This document shows positions 7,142 through 17,503 of a DNA stretch of 33,672 nt, one piece after another. Each line of letters begins with the position of its first letter. Positions within the stretch are counted from its first letter, which is position 1. Position numbers and translations under genes: made by a program. This stretch comes from a virus (lineage: Duplodnaviria > Caudoviricetes): positions 1 to 33,672 of the IMG/VR virus record IMGVR_UViG_3300007255_000004; one strand, written 5' to 3'. The notes under the pieces were generated by a model. It was not told the DNA's origin. It searched no databases and saw nothing but the letters and a program-made list of their open reading frames with translations.

Positions 7142-8080
7142 TTAGCGCCTCCGTTGAAGGGCACGAGCATAACGGGCTTTTTGCTCTTCTTCTTTGTCAA
7201 GGTCATCTTGTGAAGGTCCTGAGTATGAGGTTGCTTTTTCATACGGGTCGTAGTCACTGCCCTGGATGCCCGTTTCGGTGGTGGAGGATGCATGCTTACG
7301 GCCAGTCGGAACAGAGCCGCCGTCGGCAAAGCCTTTACCGCGAGCATGGGCTTTCTGGTCTTCTTCCTCTTCATCGATGTCCGGATTCTCTTCTAGGTCG
7401 CCCATCTCAGTCCATTTCTCTGGCTCTTCTGTATTGCCATAGACGTTGGATTGGCTCTCTGGATATTCCCAATCTTCCTCGCGTTCCGAGGCCTCATCTT
7501 CGGCGTAAGGCTTGTTTAGATAGCCTCCGTGTGCATAGTGTTCTTGGTGGCCAGTATTGAACTCGTTATCGTCTTCATCGTCCTGTTCCAAGAATTCTCG
7601 TTCTTCTTCACCACGGTCAGACATTCCACCATGGGCATATCCAACTTTACCACCCATTGCCATCATGGCATCTTGATAGCCTTGGTGATATGCCGGATGG
7701 TCCTCTGGCGTCTCGTCATGTGCCATTCCTTCGCCTGGAGTATTCCGCACAGTTTCGAAGTCCGGAACTGCATCAATCTCCGACTCTTTCTTACGCTCTA
7801 GTTCCCGACCAGATTCGGGATAATGCTCTTCGTGAAGATACTCGCCTGGGTGGGATTCTCCGCCGTGCCAGTAATGTGAAGGCTCATGATGGGGGCCGAG
7901 AGATTGAACATACCTTTCGATAGGGTTGTTCATGTACTCAGCACCAGCTTCACCACCACGCATCATTCCTACCTTTTCTGGCAGTTTCTTCATGCTCGGG
8001 GTCTTACTAGCAAACTCTTTGGCCATTTCTGGCTTGCGTGCAAACATGAACCGCATCTGTGCCTTTGAACGAAACGGCAT
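7142..8080 (-). CDS. acidic, probably disordered protein with basic N-terminal MPFRSKAQ module and six xxGG motifs
   Basis: 312 aa, very E/D/H-rich. MMRGG, YWHGG, MAMGG, YAHGG x2, FADGG. Confidence 0.75.
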   Translation of the reverse strand: MPFRSKAQMRFMFARKPEMAKEFASKTPSMKKLPEKVGMMRGGEAGAEYMNNPIERYVQSLGPHHEPSHYWHGGESHPGEYLHEEHYPESGRELERKKESEIDAVPDFETVRNTPGEGMAHDETPEDHPAYHQGYQDAMMAMGGKVGYAHGGMSDRGEEEREFLEQDDEDDNEFNTGHQEHYAHGGYLNKPYAEDEASEREEDWEYPESQSNVYGNTEEPEKWTEMGDLEENPDIDEEEEDQKAHARGKGFADGGSVPTGRKHASSTTETGIQGSDYDPYEKATSYSGPSQDDLDKEEEQKARYARALQRRR

Positions 8081-8082
8081 TG

Positions 8083-10629
8083 CTATTCACCTTCTCTTGT
8101 GTTGGTAATTGGGAGCTTGGACCGCTCCGAAATCGTAAGCTTAGAGGCCCCACTACTGCTTGGCTTCTTACCGGGGGTGCCTTGGGACATAGACGGAGAA
8201 GGCCCCATTAGAGTCATTTGGTTGGATTGAAACATTGACGGCCGTAGAGACCCGTCCATATCCTGCCCAAACAGCTTGGAAAGCATCAGGCGAGTTTGGA
8301 ATGGTAGAGTCTTCTGCGCGGTAGCTTTTTCTAGTACAGCAGTCTTAATCTGCTCTAATAGTCTGGGGTGTACTACCGAGAGAGCTTCTAGTTCTTCGTT
8401 GGACAACCGGCCTTCTTTAATATGTTGGAGAATGGACAGCGGCTTATCGACTGCATCCACATACCGTTTGAACGTCGCCATTTCTGTATCATTGGGCGGA
8501 AGGGTTTTCGCAAGAGGAGTCTGTGGCGGATGGTTTGGTGCTTTAGAAGCGAGAAAGGCCACCGCAATAGACGTAGCAACGTTCAGAGCTTTAGCGGTCT
8601 CTGGTGCATGGTCTATAATCCCGCCCGTTTGTGTACTAAGATGTTGTTCCATGGCTGTAGGATTTGTAGCCAGCTGTTGAACGCGGTCAGATACCTTGGC
8701 AAGATTCGCACCTTGATAGCCGGCTGACCGCTGCCCAGCTTTCGCTCCGACTTGGAAAACTTTGTTAGCGCCAGACTCAATCTGCGCGAGAGTCTTATTG
8801 TTGAATCGTTCAAAGTAACCAAGGAGCTCAGCGACCCGCGGAACATTCTTAGACAGGCTATAGAGTGAATGTGCGGGCCCTAGCACGGTACCGGCCGGTC
8901 CTAGTGCCATATGGCCCAGCATGGACTCTCCTACCGCCCCCAGCAATCCGCCGCCCTCCGGCGACATACGTTGCATTGCTTGGGTAAGGTCTAAGTTCTT
9001 TCGCGCCTCTGCAATGTTGTCGCCGGTCTTATTAACTAAACTACGAATAGAGTCTGCGTCAAAATCACCGGTCTTCACGAGCTTATGGGAAGCTTCGACG
9101 GCGTCAGTTAGTTTCTTAGATGATTCCATCCACTGGGTAACGGTTTCAAGTTTGTCTTGTCCGGAGGCTTTGTCTAGAGATTTTAGCCAGGAGTCTACTT
9201 TGGTTGGATTGAGTTCTGCTGTACCTTTGGCTGTTTTAGACCCTAGGGCTTTCATCAACTCTTTAGTGGTCGCAATGTGTTCGGTCTGGGCGGAGTTCAA
9301 AGCAGCTTGGCGTGCCCCTGCTTGGCCCCATACCTCTTCGTTTTCTAAACCTTGTCGAAAGTCGGTATAGAGGCCTTTCATGTCCATAGCGGTCAATTGT
9401 TTGTAGCGGTCGGCGGCTTTAGAGACTTTCGTAAGGTCCCAGAGATGTCGTTTAGTCTCGTCTAGCACGTCATAGACTTCGGCCGGATTGGCTGTATTTC
9501 GTAGACGGTCTAGAAGATTGCCATGCATCTGCTCTAGTTCGGCAGCAATGCGTTCGTCTCGAAGCATGCCTTGGGCTTTGAGTTCTTGCCCCGCGGTGCC
9601 AATCCGATTGACCAGACGTTGAGCATCTGCGATGGCGGCCTCGGGCTTAATTTCTGACAGCAATAACTCCCGCTCAGCCGGCCTAATGGTCCTGGTTAAG
9701 GTCCGGGTCGTAGTTTCGTTAGCGTCGTGGAGGTCTTCTAGGCCTTTGGTAAGGTTCTTGGCGAAGGTGGCGCGATACTCTGGGCTCTTGAGTTGAGGGG
9801 CTTTCCCAGAAATGAGGTCTGAAATGACCTTTGGGGTTTCATTCAGGCGCGCAGCGGCGTAGGTAGGATAGGCTTCTCGGAAGGCTCCAGCGGCCTTATT
9901 GCCTAGGCGCGCCATCGCCTCCTTAGAGGCCGTAACGGCCGCAGGAAGGCCGACCTCTGCGGCCCCCAGCGTACCCCCTAGACCAGCGCCTAGAAGCGCT
10001 CCTAAGCCAATCTGGGCCATTGCAGACTGTGCTGTAAGGTGAGGGTCGCCTAGAGCTTGTTCATGGACGACGTTTCCACCAGCGTAAGCGGCTCCTTCAA
10101 TAGCGGACCCGGCCCCTACCTGAGCAGCGCGGGTGGCTAATCGGCTCGCCAATGATTCTCCGGCCGGTAAAGCAGTTTCGGTTAATCCACGCCCTAAACC
10201 CCCAGCGCGGGCGATTAGTGAGGGGGCGGTTAGTTCTGCGGCGCCACGGAAAGCTGTCCCACCGGCTTCGGGGAGTAAAGCAGCACCTCCAGAAACAATA
10301 GCAGGAGCCGCAATGCCGAGCCCCATTCCTATCTTTTCGGCCCAGGGGTTGATTTCTTGTCGAGCTCGGATAGCTTCTGGCTGGACACCAAAAGCTTTCT
10401 CTAAATGTGTTGACAGTCCAAACGTAAGGGCCCGCCCAGCTGCTTCCGCCCCTGTTTCGAAAACCTGCCCAGGAGTACCGTATTTTTCTTGTAATCGATG
10501 CTTTTCAATCTGTTCTGATGTAGCAGGGATATAACCATAACTACCAGCGTATTTTACATCTTCAGGTGCTAGTGTTTCCAGCTGTCCAGCCGGCGTAATA
10601 TACAAAGGCGCTTTGGATTGGTCTGCCAT
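8083..10629 (-). CDS. large internal virion (ejection/DNA transfer) protein
   Basis: 848 aa, alanine-rich helical. GRALTFGLS motif and Gly/Ala hydrophobic segments. Follows the nozzle and other internal proteins in podovirus order. Confidence 0.65.
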   Translation of the reverse strand: MADQSKAPLYITPAGQLETLAPEDVKYAGSYGYIPATSEQIEKHRLQEKYGTPGQVFETGAEAAGRALTFGLSTHLEKAFGVQPEAIRARQEINPWAEKIGMGLGIAAPAIVSGGAALLPEAGGTAFRGAAELTAPSLIARAGGLGRGLTETALPAGESLASRLATRAAQVGAGSAIEGAAYAGGNVVHEQALGDPHLTAQSAMAQIGLGALLGAGLGGTLGAAEVGLPAAVTASKEAMARLGNKAAGAFREAYPTYAAARLNETPKVISDLISGKAPQLKSPEYRATFAKNLTKGLEDLHDANETTTRTLTRTIRPAERELLLSEIKPEAAIADAQRLVNRIGTAGQELKAQGMLRDERIAAELEQMHGNLLDRLRNTANPAEVYDVLDETKRHLWDLTKVSKAADRYKQLTAMDMKGLYTDFRQGLENEEVWGQAGARQAALNSAQTEHIATTKELMKALGSKTAKGTAELNPTKVDSWLKSLDKASGQDKLETVTQWMESSKKLTDAVEASHKLVKTGDFDADSIRSLVNKTGDNIAEARKNLDLTQAMQRMSPEGGGLLGAVGESMLGHMALGPAGTVLGPAHSLYSLSKNVPRVAELLGYFERFNNKTLAQIESGANKVFQVGAKAGQRSAGYQGANLAKVSDRVQQLATNPTAMEQHLSTQTGGIIDHAPETAKALNVATSIAVAFLASKAPNHPPQTPLAKTLPPNDTEMATFKRYVDAVDKPLSILQHIKEGRLSNEELEALSVVHPRLLEQIKTAVLEKATAQKTLPFQTRLMLSKLFGQDMDGSLRPSMFQSNQMTLMGPSPSMSQGTPGKKPSSSGASKLTISERSKLPITNTREGE

Positions 10630-12179
10630 TAGGGATTTAATGACTTACGGCGTGACCCTGTCGTCACTTTCAATTCTTCATTAAGTCGTTTCAGCGCATC
10701 TTCACGAGTATAGGGGTTCATAGAAGCTATTTCTAGAACACGCGGCATAATTGCATCGGCCGCCCCGGGCCGGGTATAACCGTGGGCGCGGGCTAATGCT
10801 TCAGCCTGTTGTCGGGCCCATCCTTGAACTGCCGCATGCGTTGGCGTCCCGGGAATCTTAGCCATGATACCCAAGCCAGTTTCTGGTCGCTGTTTCAATG
10901 TTTCACGAGCTTCTGTTTCCCCGGCTTGTTGAGTACGGCGAGTCTTGGCGCCTTCGGCTGTTAACGCAGGCGCTTCTCCAGGAACTTGTCGTTCTAACAA
11001 ATGTGGTGGTAGATAGGGGCTAACTTCGCCTGTTTTCATATATCTGTTAATTGCGTCTTGTTGCAAAGCGCGGTCTTGCTCAGCCCAGCCCATCTTGGTT
11101 TGTTCGAATTGATTGGTTAGAGCCATGTGTTGTCGCTGTGCTTTAGAGGTCATTACTTGGTTAATATTAGAAGCCGCGTGGGTTGTTAGTTGGCCAATAG
11201 CAGCATCGGCCGCTGCTCGGGCTTGTGGTCCTTTATGTCGGTCAGCGGCCATATCCAGCTGTGTAGCTAGATTGTTCCGTAAGCGCGCATCGGCCAATTT
11301 ATAAGACTCGTCTGCCATATGACCCTTTTCTAACTCTGCTCGATAGTGCGTGTGTTTATTCTCCAAGTCCTTTTGTTGCGCATCGATGTCGCGGTCAATC
11401 ATCTTGTCGATAATTCCTAAAGCAGCGTTTGGTTGTCCGGTTATACCCCCACCAATACCACCAAGAATAAGACCTATCATCGCAGAGATTTTCTGCCCAA
11501 TGTTCTTTTGTTCCCAAGCGCGGTTTGGATTAATCTTAAAGTTTTTGATATCTTGACTTTCTTGCGCTAGTTGTTGCATTCGAGCTATGGTTTCAGCCTT
11601 ATGTGCTGCATCATTAGTCGCAGTATCGTCCAAATATTTCTGCGTTTGAGCAGCGCGGTCCTTGCCCATTGCTTCCGCTTCAACCGCTTCTTTGTCATAA
11701 GCAGTTTTAGATAGTTTCAGTCCTTCTTTCAACATGCCCATCGTTTCGTCTTTTTCGCCGACGCTTTTGGGCGCTTTTGGTAATTCGACGGGCGGCAATG
11801 GAGTTTCTAGTGTGGCGGCTGGTGGCGCTGTGGCAGTAGGCGTAGTTTGCTCTAAACCCATTTCTTGAAGACTTCTAGTATCTGTCTCTCCGCCCGTTTC
11901 TGGTCCCATCGTAGAGGCTGCGGCTGGTCTCGCTAAGGACTCAGCTGCACTACCGCGAGTATATTCTGGTTTGCCGGCCTCGCCCATAGCTCTAGCGCTG
12001 GGCAGGATTTTGCCCCAGACAGAACCGCCATCAGCAAACTTAGGGATATTGGCCAAAGTCTTCTTATCAAGTCCTTTCTTAGCCACACGAAACGGATTAC
12101 CATCACCGTGGTCAATCTCGAAGTGCGACTCGTCTTCTTTAGAAATTCGATAGCGCTTCAAGCCGAGTCTCCAACGCAC
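10629..12179 (-). CDS. internal virion protein (start may be TTG at 12161)
   Basis: Helical, with hydrophobic IGLILGGIGGGITG followed by NAALGIIDKMIDRDIDAQ, plus a FADGGSV motif. GGAG lies upstream of TTG 12161. Confidence 0.65.
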   Translation of the reverse strand: MRWRLGLKRYRISKEDESHFEIDHGDGNPFRVAKKGLDKKTLANIPKFADGGSVWGKILPSARAMGEAGKPEYTRGSAAESLARPAAASTMGPETGGETDTRSLQEMGLEQTTPTATAPPAATLETPLPPVELPKAPKSVGEKDETMGMLKEGLKLSKTAYDKEAVEAEAMGKDRAAQTQKYLDDTATNDAAHKAETIARMQQLAQESQDIKNFKINPNRAWEQKNIGQKISAMIGLILGGIGGGITGQPNAALGIIDKMIDRDIDAQQKDLENKHTHYRAELEKGHMADESYKLADARLRNNLATQLDMAADRHKGPQARAAADAAIGQLTTHAASNINQVMTSKAQRQHMALTNQFEQTKMGWAEQDRALQQDAINRYMKTGEVSPYLPPHLLERQVPGEAPALTAEGAKTRRTQQAGETEARETLKQRPETGLGIMAKIPGTPTHAAVQGWARQQAEALARAHGYTRPGAADAIMPRVLEIASMNPYTREDALKRLNEELKVTTGSRRKSLNP

Positions 12180-13260
12180 GCGTGCGCATTAAAAGGCGCC
12201 CAAACGGAGAACCGACTTCTCCGCCATGAGCCATTTTCTTATGCTTCCTGATGGCTCTAACAAACTCAGCTGCTTTTCTGGGTGCATCGTTATCTTGCGC
12301 GACTGTTCTTGGAAGAACAATTTCGCCCGGAGAGAGCATAGCAGGGACGTGGTCATTCTCTTCTGAATCGCCGTCAACTTTAGCTTTGCCTTTAACCTCA
12401 GCACCGTGGGCTAATGCCGCTGCAGCACCGCCCCCTTGTGTTATACCGCCGACAATTTTTCCGGTTAATGCCTTATCTGCCCCTTTCATTTGCGTATCAC
12501 TACCAACTTGTGTTTGCCAAGCACCTAACCGCTGTTTCTCTAGTTCTAATTGCGCTTGACGGTCTTGTTCGGACACTTGCTGCCCCATCCCGGCGGCTTG
12601 AAGCCGTTGTCCGGTTGCACCTAGGCCGACTTGACCAAAACCGCCTAATACATTACCTAGTTGTGCTTGTGCTGCTTGCTGTTCTTGGGCACGGAGAGCG
12701 GCAGATTGAGCCGCAGCTTGGCCCGTCGTAGTGCCTTGTGCTTCAAGAATATTCCGAAGACCAGCACCCGGAGATACGCCCGCTTGTGATTGGCCTAAAG
12801 CCATTTCCCCACGAAGATTCTGGTCGAGGGCTGATTGAAACTGAGATTGTGCTGCGGAGGGGCCCTGTCCTGCTGCGGCCTGAGCTAGTTGACTGGCCAA
12901 ACCTTGATAGCCTAACAGAGCGTTTCCGACGCCAGGGTCTCCTTGGCCGGGAGGATTGCCTACTAAGCCTTGATTAAAGGCGTTCATCTGTTCTTGCTGT
13001 TGTTGAACACCGGGTCCGCCCCGTTGACCAAGCCCAAAATTAACCATATACTCAGACCCTGGAACATAGCCGGGCGTTTGAGTCAAGATATCTCGGGACC
13101 GTTGCTGTTGCGCTAAATTTCCACGTTGAAGCAATTCACGTTGATAATCCCCACCTTGATAAGAAGAGGCATAATCTTTAGCTCGTTGAGCAGCATCCAA
13201 TCGAGCTTGCTCGTCGGGTCCATGTAGTAGACTGGGGGCAAAGCCAAACTTGAAACCCAT
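12139..13260 (-). CDS. internal virion / pilot-like protein
   Basis: Q/A/G-rich (GQGPSAAQSQ). C-terminal GDSEENDHVPAMLSPGEIVLP module and MAHGGEV. Confidence 0.7.
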   Translation of the reverse strand: MGFKFGFAPSLLHGPDEQARLDAAQRAKDYASSYQGGDYQRELLQRGNLAQQQRSRDILTQTPGYVPGSEYMVNFGLGQRGGPGVQQQQEQMNAFNQGLVGNPPGQGDPGVGNALLGYQGLASQLAQAAAGQGPSAAQSQFQSALDQNLRGEMALGQSQAGVSPGAGLRNILEAQGTTTGQAAAQSAALRAQEQQAAQAQLGNVLGGFGQVGLGATGQRLQAAGMGQQVSEQDRQAQLELEKQRLGAWQTQVGSDTQMKGADKALTGKIVGGITQGGGAAAALAHGAEVKGKAKVDGDSEENDHVPAMLSPGEIVLPRTVAQDNDAPRKAAEFVRAIRKHKKMAHGGEVGSPFGRLLMRTRALETRLEALSNF

Positions 13261-13262
13261 CG

Positions 13263-16200
13263 TTACACTGTCGCGCTCGCTGGAAGCTTAAACGCGCCTT
13301 TCTTAGTGCCAAGTTCTAGCGTGAGATTCTCGATGGAGAACTTAGCCGTTGTTTCTTGGCTAGAAATGATTCTGAATTTAATAGCTTCGCACTTCTGTTT
13401 ATAGCTGAGCATATGCCTAAACTGCCAAGGCTCGGTAATGCCTAGTGGTCCGACGGAAAAAGACTCGACAAAATTCGGTATATAATCGTAGGCGATGTAA
13501 ACCGTAAAGGAGTGGTTAGAACCATTGGTAGCGCCTGTAAATAGTGCTCTAACGACACGTTGAAAGTCTTGTACGCCTTTGACCTTAATCCAACCTGTTT
13601 CAGCTACTCCAACAATACCTTGAGTGGTAGTTGAGGCGTCGGAATTTGCCGATTCGGAATCGACCTTGACAATGTTATTAGAACCAATCTGTATATAACT
13701 GCCGTTCCAAATAACGGCGTCTGAAGCGTAGTAGTTTGTAAACGTTGTCCACTTGAACTTGTCGGATATCTCATCGGCATCAGCCGCGAGAACATCCGTA
13801 TAGTCGCAAACTAAACAAACGCCAGGACTGTCCACGACATATCCGGTGGGCGAAAAGATACCCACCGGTTTTAATGTCCAGCGAACTTGAGACCGGTCCT
13901 GAAGCAGTTGTACGGACGTGATGGCTGGGACACCAGTAAACCCTAAAGGCTTAATCAAATTTTCAACCGCGGCGCCGAGATAACGCATTTGGAGCCCGCG
14001 GTCTAGAAGATAGAAACCTTTGTTACTGAGAAACAAGACGCCAAATGGCGTAGAAACGATAGACCGTGCATCTGCACAGCCTATATCTTGGGAGACTAGT
14101 TGTGGTGTAACAAATGTGTTGTTTGACCCGAGGTCGTTAGGACCATCTCCGTACAACACCGCCGTTGCTGTTTGTTCAAAGACAATCAGCTTATCATCCA
14201 TTGAAGCGCCGCCCGTAATGTCGCCTCCCCATGGATTGACCCGGAGAGTGAAACTATCATCGAAGTTAATGCCGCCACCTGCGACATATTTGCGGCTATA
14301 CCAAAGTAAGTTAGAGTCCTCTAACCCCAGCAAGAATAGTCTATTTTGATGGGCGACCGCATAGCGTGAAGCCGGCGGTACGATATTGGCTAATGCGCCA
14401 GCGGTATATAGAATTTCATTGCTATTAATTGACGAATCGGCTGCTGCGTCAGTATAAGTCGTAGTATCGTTGGTAGTATCATTGACTATTGAATTTGTTA
14501 ATGGCGTTAGACGAAACAATGTAGAGCCATTAGAGACCGTGCGCCAAATAACGATTCGAACATCCGCTCGTGGAGAGACTTTATTCGTCCAACGTAAATA
14601 TGGTACTGTAATCGTTGTTTGGTCATTTAATGCGGCTGTTACAGACTGTGTCGGCGTAGCGGCTGATTGCCAGCGATTCCCTAAATTGTCGACCCACTCA
14701 TAAGTCAAGGCGTATTGATAGGCACCAGCGCTTAGAGAACCTCCGCCTACTACATTTTGTAGTCGAATCACTTCTGGATATTGTGGGAAGCCCATTTCAA
14801 CGGGGTCTGACCCGTCAAATAATGAGGGACTGCCACATGCCTGGAGCGCTAATCCACCAAACAAGGCTTTTTGTAAAGCAGGTGCTTGCGTATTAGTTGT
14901 TAACCTTGCGATACCAACCGCGTTTGTAGCCGTACCAGAAGCCAGTGATAAAACAAACTGGTCTAAGGCAATGGTAAAAGCGTTTCCGTTGTTATCTGTT
15001 CTAACCGCAATTGGATTTAACCCGAGTGTAAAGGTGAAGCGGGCACTGCCATATAATGCCTGTCCGACGAATCTGGCCGCTGTCCCGTCCTTTTTCGTAT
15101 CCTCAAAGAGACCAAGGGATTGTCCGAGGGTATTTTGTCCCGAGTTAGGTGCCCCGCCGACAATGCCCCAGCGTGAGAAAAGCCAAATATAGCGTCTTCC
15201 GGCTCCATCTTGGAATGGCGTTGTAGCAACTGCAGACCCGCGCACAAAATTTCGAAGCGTGCCAATAGTTCCGCCCGAAGTTAGATTCACAAACCGAACA
15301 CGATTATTGTTCGTATCGGCCCCAAAAGAGTAGTAGATATCGGAAGACGCGGCTAAAGGAAAACCGGCAGCTGAATTACTGCTGTTTGCGGTATTGGGCG
15401 TATCTACCGTGGCAGAGGCCTGCGTAATAGTCAGACTGAGATTCAAGACCGTACGTCGTAAGGTATTGGTATCAAATGCCAAGACGTACAAAAACCCATC
15501 ATTACTACTCGCGATAAAACAACCCGCCCCGGCGGGCATTGTAGTATCCACGGGCCCAGCTAGAATGGCTAGGTTCGTATCTAATTCTTCAACTTGTGCT
15601 GTTGACCCCGCGCCTTGCCGATTGACAATAAAAACACGATTGTTAACGGAAATCGCGGCCAAACCATTCGCCGCATTGCTAGACGTCACTAGGTTAATAA
15701 CAGCCCAACCTCCGTTCGGGTTGGTAGTATCAAAGGTAGAACCAAATACTTGTGTCGACCCTCTAAGCCATACGGCGATGAATACATTGGACTTGGCCGC
15801 TACTTGAACAATATTCACTGTGCTGGATGTATCCAAAATCGTAACATCGCCAACTTGGGCGCCAGTAGTTTCATCGATTATTCGGGCCTCAACAGCGGTT
15901 GTCCCAGAAGTGGGGGCCGTTACGACCAGATAACAAGTATAGCCATTCGTGGACTCCATTGCGGTCCACGTGACCGGACGTGCACTTCTGTAAGCAATAG
16001 CTTTTGTTATTGCCAACGGATTGATGCCGGTACTATGACTGGACCATTGAGTCTTTTTAGAATCATAGGTATAAAACTTCTTCCCCTGAACTGCAACGGT
16101 ATTGCCTAAAACATAACCCAGTAGACTGGTCTCCGTCGACAGCGAAGTACCACCATAAATTGTTTGGGATAATGCAGTAAAGCCTGACCGCCGTTCAATG

Positions 16201-16325
16201 GCCTTTCCACGAAAGACCATATCGGTAGCGGTCGTAAGTTTACCTGCCAGGACCAGTTTGCTAGAAGTTCGCTGGTCGAGCGACTTCGTAAAGTCAACCG
16301 AAACAGTTGTCGTTTGAAGAGGCAC
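13263..16325 (-). CDS. tail nozzle / tail tubular protein B-like
   Basis: 1020 aa beta-propeller-like. HQNRLFL..LLWYS, DDKLIVF, DIGC...SIVSTPFGVLFLSNKGFYLL. Follows the adaptor gene. Confidence 0.75.
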   Translation of the reverse strand: MPLQTTTVSVDFTKSLDQRTSSKLVLAGKLTTATDMVFRGKAIERRSGFTALSQTIYGGTSLSTETSLLGYVLGNTVAVQGKKFYTYDSKKTQWSSHSTGINPLAITKAIAYRSARPVTWTAMESTNGYTCYLVVTAPTSGTTAVEARIIDETTGAQVGDVTILDTSSTVNIVQVAAKSNVFIAVWLRGSTQVFGSTFDTTNPNGGWAVINLVTSSNAANGLAAISVNNRVFIVNRQGAGSTAQVEELDTNLAILAGPVDTTMPAGAGCFIASSNDGFLYVLAFDTNTLRRTVLNLSLTITQASATVDTPNTANSSNSAAGFPLAASSDIYYSFGADTNNNRVRFVNLTSGGTIGTLRNFVRGSAVATTPFQDGAGRRYIWLFSRWGIVGGAPNSGQNTLGQSLGLFEDTKKDGTAARFVGQALYGSARFTFTLGLNPIAVRTDNNGNAFTIALDQFVLSLASGTATNAVGIARLTTNTQAPALQKALFGGLALQACGSPSLFDGSDPVEMGFPQYPEVIRLQNVVGGGSLSAGAYQYALTYEWVDNLGNRWQSAATPTQSVTAALNDQTTITVPYLRWTNKVSPRADVRIVIWRTVSNGSTLFRLTPLTNSIVNDTTNDTTTYTDAAADSSINSNEILYTAGALANIVPPASRYAVAHQNRLFLLGLEDSNLLWYSRKYVAGGGINFDDSFTLRVNPWGGDITGGASMDDKLIVFEQTATAVLYGDGPNDLGSNNTFVTPQLVSQDIGCADARSIVSTPFGVLFLSNKGFYLLDRGLQMRYLGAAVENLIKPLGFTGVPAITSVQLLQDRSQVRWTLKPVGIFSPTGYVVDSPGVCLVCDYTDVLAADADEISDKFKWTTFTNYYASDAVIWNGSYIQIGSNNIVKVDSESANSDASTTTQGIVGVAETGWIKVKGVQDFQRVVRALFTGATNGSNHSFTVYIAYDYIPNFVESFSVGPLGITEPWQFRHMLSYKQKCEAIKFRIISSQETTAKFSIENLTLELGTKKGAFKLPASATV

Positions 16326-16327
16326 GC

Positions 16328-16756
16328 TTATTGTTCCGCCACGAAACGAATACCAGCTAAGGATAGATTTACGCCAGACCCAACCAAAGCATTAACAGCC
16401 CCTGTATCTCGAATTACAACTTCTCCAAATAACTCATTTGAAACGACAGCGAATTTTAAACGTCGAAGGGGTCGAAAACCAGCCGGGAGTGTAAAAATAA
16501 TAGAGGTACTGCCGGGCGTTCCGCCGGTCACAAGCCCGTCTAGTACTACCCAACCTAAACTGTCTAGAGTAAAACGCGCATCTCGACCATTCGGAGCACC
16601 GTTTGGGTCAAAGTTAACCCAACTGCTTTGAAAAGCCGGACCGCCCTGCTGGCCCACCAGAATCCATTGAATAGGCTGTGGCTGAAGAGCGGCAGAAATG
16701 CGGTCTAGATTTCGGTCTATTTCTGAACGGCCTGTACGAACCGGAGAGAATGCCAT
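16328..16756 (-). CDS. small tail protein with fibre-tip-like domain (probable start ATG 16756)
   Basis: GWVVLDGLV...IIFTLPAGFRP motif common in phage receptor-binding tip domains. Confidence 0.65.
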   Translation of the reverse strand: MAFSPVRTGRSEIDRNLDRISAALQPQPIQWILVGQQGGPAFQSSWVNFDPNGAPNGRDARFTLDSLGWVVLDGLVTGGTPGSTSIIFTLPAGFRPLRRLKFAVVSNELFGEVVIRDTGAVNALVGSGVNLSLAGIRFVAEQ

Positions 16757-16772
16757 TAGCGCGTGCGGAGCA

Positions 16773-17495
16773 CTAGACCCCACCCCCTCCTGCGTAACCG
16801 CCCCCTCCAGCCGGCCAAGCGTAGTTGGACCATTGCGTATCAGCTACGGTCGCGGGACTGCCGGCATCTCGATTCTCCGCCGCTGACTCAATGCGTTTGA
16901 TAAGAGCCATTTTCTGGCCTTCAAGAACAGAGACATCGCTTTCTTCTTTCTGCAATGCTTTAATGGCCGCATCAATAACAATATATTCTTCCCAACCCAT
17001 GCCGTCTGTGGCGGCTGGAAGCGCATCAGTATCATTGACTAGTGGCGCTAGTTGAGGAATGTAGTGAATCTTCACGGTCTGATTGGCAGATGGCAGAGGA
17101 ATAAACCAAATGGTTCCGGCACGAATCCGATAGCGAAGATTGGTTACGCCGAACCAAGTCTGGAAGTTGGGGATGCTGTATCTATTGCGTTCATTGAAGG
17201 TAAATGGACGCAGAGTAATGCTGATAGGATTGACACCGGTTGTTAACTGAACATCCGCACCAAGTAGTTTGTAAAAGTCGGTAGGTAGCGCAAAATTATC
17301 TGCAAGACCGTCGGTGATAAACGTTGCAGACTTGTAGAAAAAGTCGTTGCCGTATTTTTGAATGAGGATATCGTATAACTCCGCCCAAGACGCATTGATG
17401 TTATTGTTGTGCTCGCTATCGGTCAAGAAAGATGAATTGACCATGTCCGCGCGCTGCTTCGCGGCGGTTCTAAGAAAGGCCAGCGTAGTAGCCAT
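16773..17495 (-). CDS. head-tail adaptor / tail tubular protein A-like
   Basis: TLAFLRTAAKQRADM, INASWAELYDIL, LPTDFYKL, WEEYIVIDAAIKALQKEE. AGGAGAGG RBS. Podovirus gene order. Confidence 0.8.
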   Translation of the reverse strand: MATTLAFLRTAAKQRADMVNSSFLTDSEHNNNINASWAELYDILIQKYGNDFFYKSATFITDGLADNFALPTDFYKLLGADVQLTTGVNPISITLRPFTFNERNRYSIPNFQTWFGVTNLRYRIRAGTIWFIPLPSANQTVKIHYIPQLAPLVNDTDALPAATDGMGWEEYIVIDAAIKALQKEESDVSVLEGQKMALIKRIESAAENRDAGSPATVADTQWSNYAWPAGGGGYAGGGGV

Positions 17496-17503
17496 AGCCT
17501 CTC

